In this document: in pieces, positions 60,301-64,000 of the stretch
Position numbering within the stretch: the first letter of the stretch is position 1
Layout of the letters: each line of letters opens with the position of its first letter
NCBI GenBank assembly: GCA_047495785.1
Contig: JBLDXI010000032.1
Span: 2,294,001-2,358,000 of the forward strand
Source: Lepidodermella squamata
Lineage: Eukaryota > Animalia > Gastrotricha
Reading direction: 5' to 3'
DNA length: 64,000 nucleotides
The notes under the pieces: model-generated
The model's input: only the letters and a program-made list of their open reading frames with translations
The model's database searches: none
What the model was told of the DNA's origin: nothing
Position numbers and translations under genes: made by a program

Positions 60301-63300
60301 TTATCTCAAAGTTATGGCAAACTTTTGCGTAGCGGCTGTTGACTTGGTGGGTGCCTTCCCTTTCGCAGGAGGCTCGCTATCGTCACTATCATCATCATCA
60401 TCGTCATCGGTATCGGCTTTCTTTTTAGCTTGAGTACCACTTTTAGCGGCTGTTGAAAAATTTGGGAGATCAACATGTAATTAAACCCGATCAATTACAA
60501 TTCTTACCTGTTTTCGGAGGTGGAGTATCATCATCGTCGTCTTCAGTAGTATCATCGCTCTTAGTCTTAGCGGTGGACTTTCCTTTGGAAGCTGTGTGAA
60601 TTATATATGCACTGGATTAATAAAATCTTCTCAAGGAGTATAGCGGAGAGAAATAAATTGAAACTTAGGCGGATAGTTCGAAATCTAAAGTTTAAAAATA
60701 AATAATTTTTAACAAGCTGATGGCTTGGATGGTGCGGGTTTTTCGTCAGATTTCTTGGACCTTTCCTCAGAAAAAAATCTGTTAAGTAGGTATGTTTCAG
60801 ACATTTCACACTTTGAAAGAAGGTCAACATATTGAAAGTTCGAAGATGAAATTCTAGATAACTCAGACCATAGGAAAGAAGTCACTCGCGCAAAACTGAT
60901 CATAAGACATAAGGCATCAAGACATCGGGTCTTGCCTTTCACAGTGCTAGCTGAGGGGTTGTTATTAAGGTTAAGGCTATATGTATTATGTAATGAATCG
61001 TGGATAACCTGTTGATGGCTTGGATTCTGTTTCTGTTTCTGAATCCGCGGGTTTCTTTACAGGCTCTACTCCAATAAAAGCCGAATATGATCATATCGGA
61101 ACTAGTATTTCTTAATGGAACCTTTTTTCTTAGGCGAAGGCGTCTTTTCCTTTTTCTTCTCGGTATCTTCAGGTAAAAAATTGCCGAGAATATTATGCGA
61201 AGTTCTCCACAAATTAGTTACCCTTTTTGGGAGGTGAAGCTGTGCATAAGATTAAAACACAAACAGGGTAAACAAATTGGCGATAAGACGCGGCCAAATT
61301 ATGACTACCTTTCGTACTGGCGACAGTGCTTTCGTCGTCATCATCGTCATCATCCGAATCCTTTTTGGCTGGCTGAGTTTTTCCTGAAACATTTCCACCA
61401 TAAAGTTGAAAAAGTAATGCGAATACGATGTACGATGCCATTAGAAAATCAGGGGTGAAATTTCAAGTTTGAACTAAATCAGGAATGAGAATATTGAACC
61501 TTCGAAGCAGGGGTCAGGGCTTCAACAGTTAAATAAAAAGCACACAAGGGTTCTGCTGTTACCTTTCGCCGGAGGTTGCGCTGGGAAAATAAAGTTATAT
61601 GTAATTCTTGCTGAAGATGGTTTCAGCTTATCAACCCAATGAAGCTACCACTGAAGATTTTTCATCTTCATTAGAATTTGAATACTGCGAAAAATGTCGG
61701 TCCTTAGCCCGTGATTCATGCGTGATTCGCATGCCTTTTCCAAAAAACATTTACCTAGATTGCAACATAAAATTTTTGTATACATATTCCTGAAATACTT
61801 ACTCCTGCTCTTATAGAGCAGCTTGTTTTAATAACTTATAATGAAGATTTAGCGTATAAAATGATTTTTCGATGTGCGGCGGGGCTGGACTTTTTTGCGC
61901 TGAGTGGTTTGCGGATTCGTTAAAAGTTATATAAAGTTAGCTTCGGAAACCTTTTGCAGGCGAAGTCTTTCTATCAGGATCTGATTTCTTCGGGCTAGTT
62001 GGTGTAGCAGCTTTGCTTGCAGGTTTAACGGGTTCTTTGGCTAAAAGGTTCAATTTAATTTTGCTCAAAAATTTATTTCTAAGAAAATTGAAAGACGAGC
62101 CAGCTCAAATTAGGATTGGTAGCACGAGGTAGCACGAGCACAGTAGCACGAGGAAACTTAGGAAACACTATAAGGAAATTTTGAATTTGTTTTCAGGTTC
62201 GGGGATAAGAAGAGGCGAAACGAAGCTTGAGAAGAGCTTGAAGTTGAAGTGATTTCTACTGGCAGAATAAAGGAACGCGCGAAGTCAAGCAGTAGTAATA
62301 CCTGTTTTACCTGTGATTAAGCAATTACGTTCCAGGCTTTATTTACGCATCTAATTTCTACATTGCTACTTGCTACCTGACGTTTTCGCTGTTGTTGTCC
62401 TGGATTCAGTTTCGTCATCCGACGACTCTTCGACCTTCGGTTTTTTCGGACTTGCAGCCTTTTTAGCTGACACAAGGAGTGGTGAAATTAATTTTCAATG
62501 AAAAATTGCAGTCCAAAAATGTTATATAGCTGAAAAATAACTTTCTCGCTTCTACCCTAGAAACCTACACTGTGCGGGTGCTTGCTTCGCACTAGGTTTG
62601 GCGGCCGATTTTGAAGCTTCAGTTTCTGTTTCTGTCTCGGTTGTATCAGTCGTTACCGTTGTACCCGTAGTAGCTCTCGAAGTTGCTGCTTTACTACTCG
62701 TAGCTGCCGTAGTAGGAGCTGTTGTTGATGGTGGCGGTCTATCGAAAAATCATTTTTCAGGATAATTCGAAAATTAGTTCAGATTTTTTCAGTTTCCAAA
62801 TCAAAAATCAAAGGCCGAAAATTAGCTGGCCAACTTTTAACGTGAACATTTTATTTCAAAATGAAATCAAAGCAAGCAAAGGAAAAATCTACGTCGATAA
62901 AAATTAGGCAAATTGGCAAGGTAAAAAAGCTTGGCGAAACGGGTTCAGCATATGCAAAATATCACAATTCGCAAGGACAATAACAAAATAATTTTCTTCG
63001 CATTTTGATTTGAATAATAGACCGTTACAACAATAAAATCTCAGTCTTCACGCATGGCGTTATCACAGTTTGATTAGAATTTCGAAAAACAACATGAAAT
63101 AATGTGTACCTATCCAGACAAATTTGCGTAATGCCGATAGCTTCAAAAAATAATAACTACTCAATGTTGAACTATAATTCTCATTCAGGAGCATCTAATT
63201 GCCTTCTGTTGGACGTTTTACTAACAGTGCTTTTTTGTCGCTCTTCAACTTTTTGTTCATCCGTCTCGGGTTCCCGCGTCTCTACTGGCTTTTCTTCATC

Positions 63301-64000
63301 TTCCTTCTCCCTAAAAGATTCAGGCTCTTCTACAACCGGCTCGTGGTCAGCATGCTGGAATGGGCGGGTAAAACTACCAAAATCTTCGTTATCATTAGTT
63401 AAGGCGGCTAAAGAAGAGGTTAGGAAAACGTTCTCAGTATCGTAGGCTTCAATTCTGTCTATCGCACTGCGGTGCCAGTTGATCAGTCTCTGCTTCGACC
63501 TTTCCCACCTGAATAAGAAGCAGAACAAAATATAAGAGGCATGAAATGAAAATTTGCAACAAAAAATGATTAATGCAAATAAAATATATAAACTACGGCT
63601 TGACTGACAACATAAATACGCACCAATCAATCATCATTATCATAGCTAAATAAGCAAGCAAAAAATGAAAAAGGCGTGGCTTTAAAATCTTTTGCTATGG
63701 TAAAAACGTACTTGTTCCCTTCAGCAGCGTGGAGCCGATCAGCTGGAAGCGCTGATTTCGAATCTGCTATCGGCGGCCGGAGTTGTGAAGGCGGTATCTT
63801 ATCCTTGGAAACTTTTTCAAGAGCGCCACGCAACGTTTTGACTTCTTGCTGTAAGTTTGTGACGTCATCAACTCGCTGAAAAATGGATAAATAAAATTAG
63901 CCTAGAAACCAATAGGCTCTCGAAGTCAATACCATGACTTGCTCATCACCAATTTTGCTTTGGGTCTGAGTTCGAAGACCTTGAACCATCTCTTTGAGCC
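60301..64000 (-). CDS. 3' part of a coiled-coil plus low-complexity (K/D/E/S/T/P) protein built from many short phase-1 exons; starts beyond the window
   Basis: Exons such as 60301-60449, 60508-60591 (84 nt), 61009-61065 (57 nt), 61222-61239 (18 nt), 61309-61368 (60 nt) and 61563-61580 (18 nt) with GT-AG boundaries; coiled-coil exons near 63710-64000; the link between the two parts is inferred. Confidence 0.6.

Overview
Compact, intron-containing eukaryotic (animal-like, ciliated) genomic DNA with short introns, mostly ~45-60 nt GT-AG. It is not prokaryotic, and I see no CRISPR array or rRNA. Host genes in order: NOL9-like 3' end, a RING-finger gene, three tandem secreted proteins sharing an unrecognised 8-cysteine module, NDUFA13, SDHB, CCDC33, IFT140, RP2, a phospholipid scramblase, IQCH, CUTA, NDUFAB1 (mutually exclusive exons), CEP131 and the 3' part of a microexon-rich low-complexity gene. 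An ~19 kb accessory zone lies between SDHB and the functional CCDC33. It holds a truncated duplicate of the CCDC33 5' end carrying a Penelope fragment with a hammerhead core, a decayed NOF/Mutator-like transposase, a nested hairpin element, an intronless HipA/PI3-4K-like atypical kinase and a LINE RT fragment. It also holds a cleanly bounded 7.17-kb hAT transposon (8-bp TSD, empty site visible in the duplicate) carrying two paralogous spliced cargo genes. Gene identities come from recalled motifs rather than database searches, and exon boundaries were read by eye.
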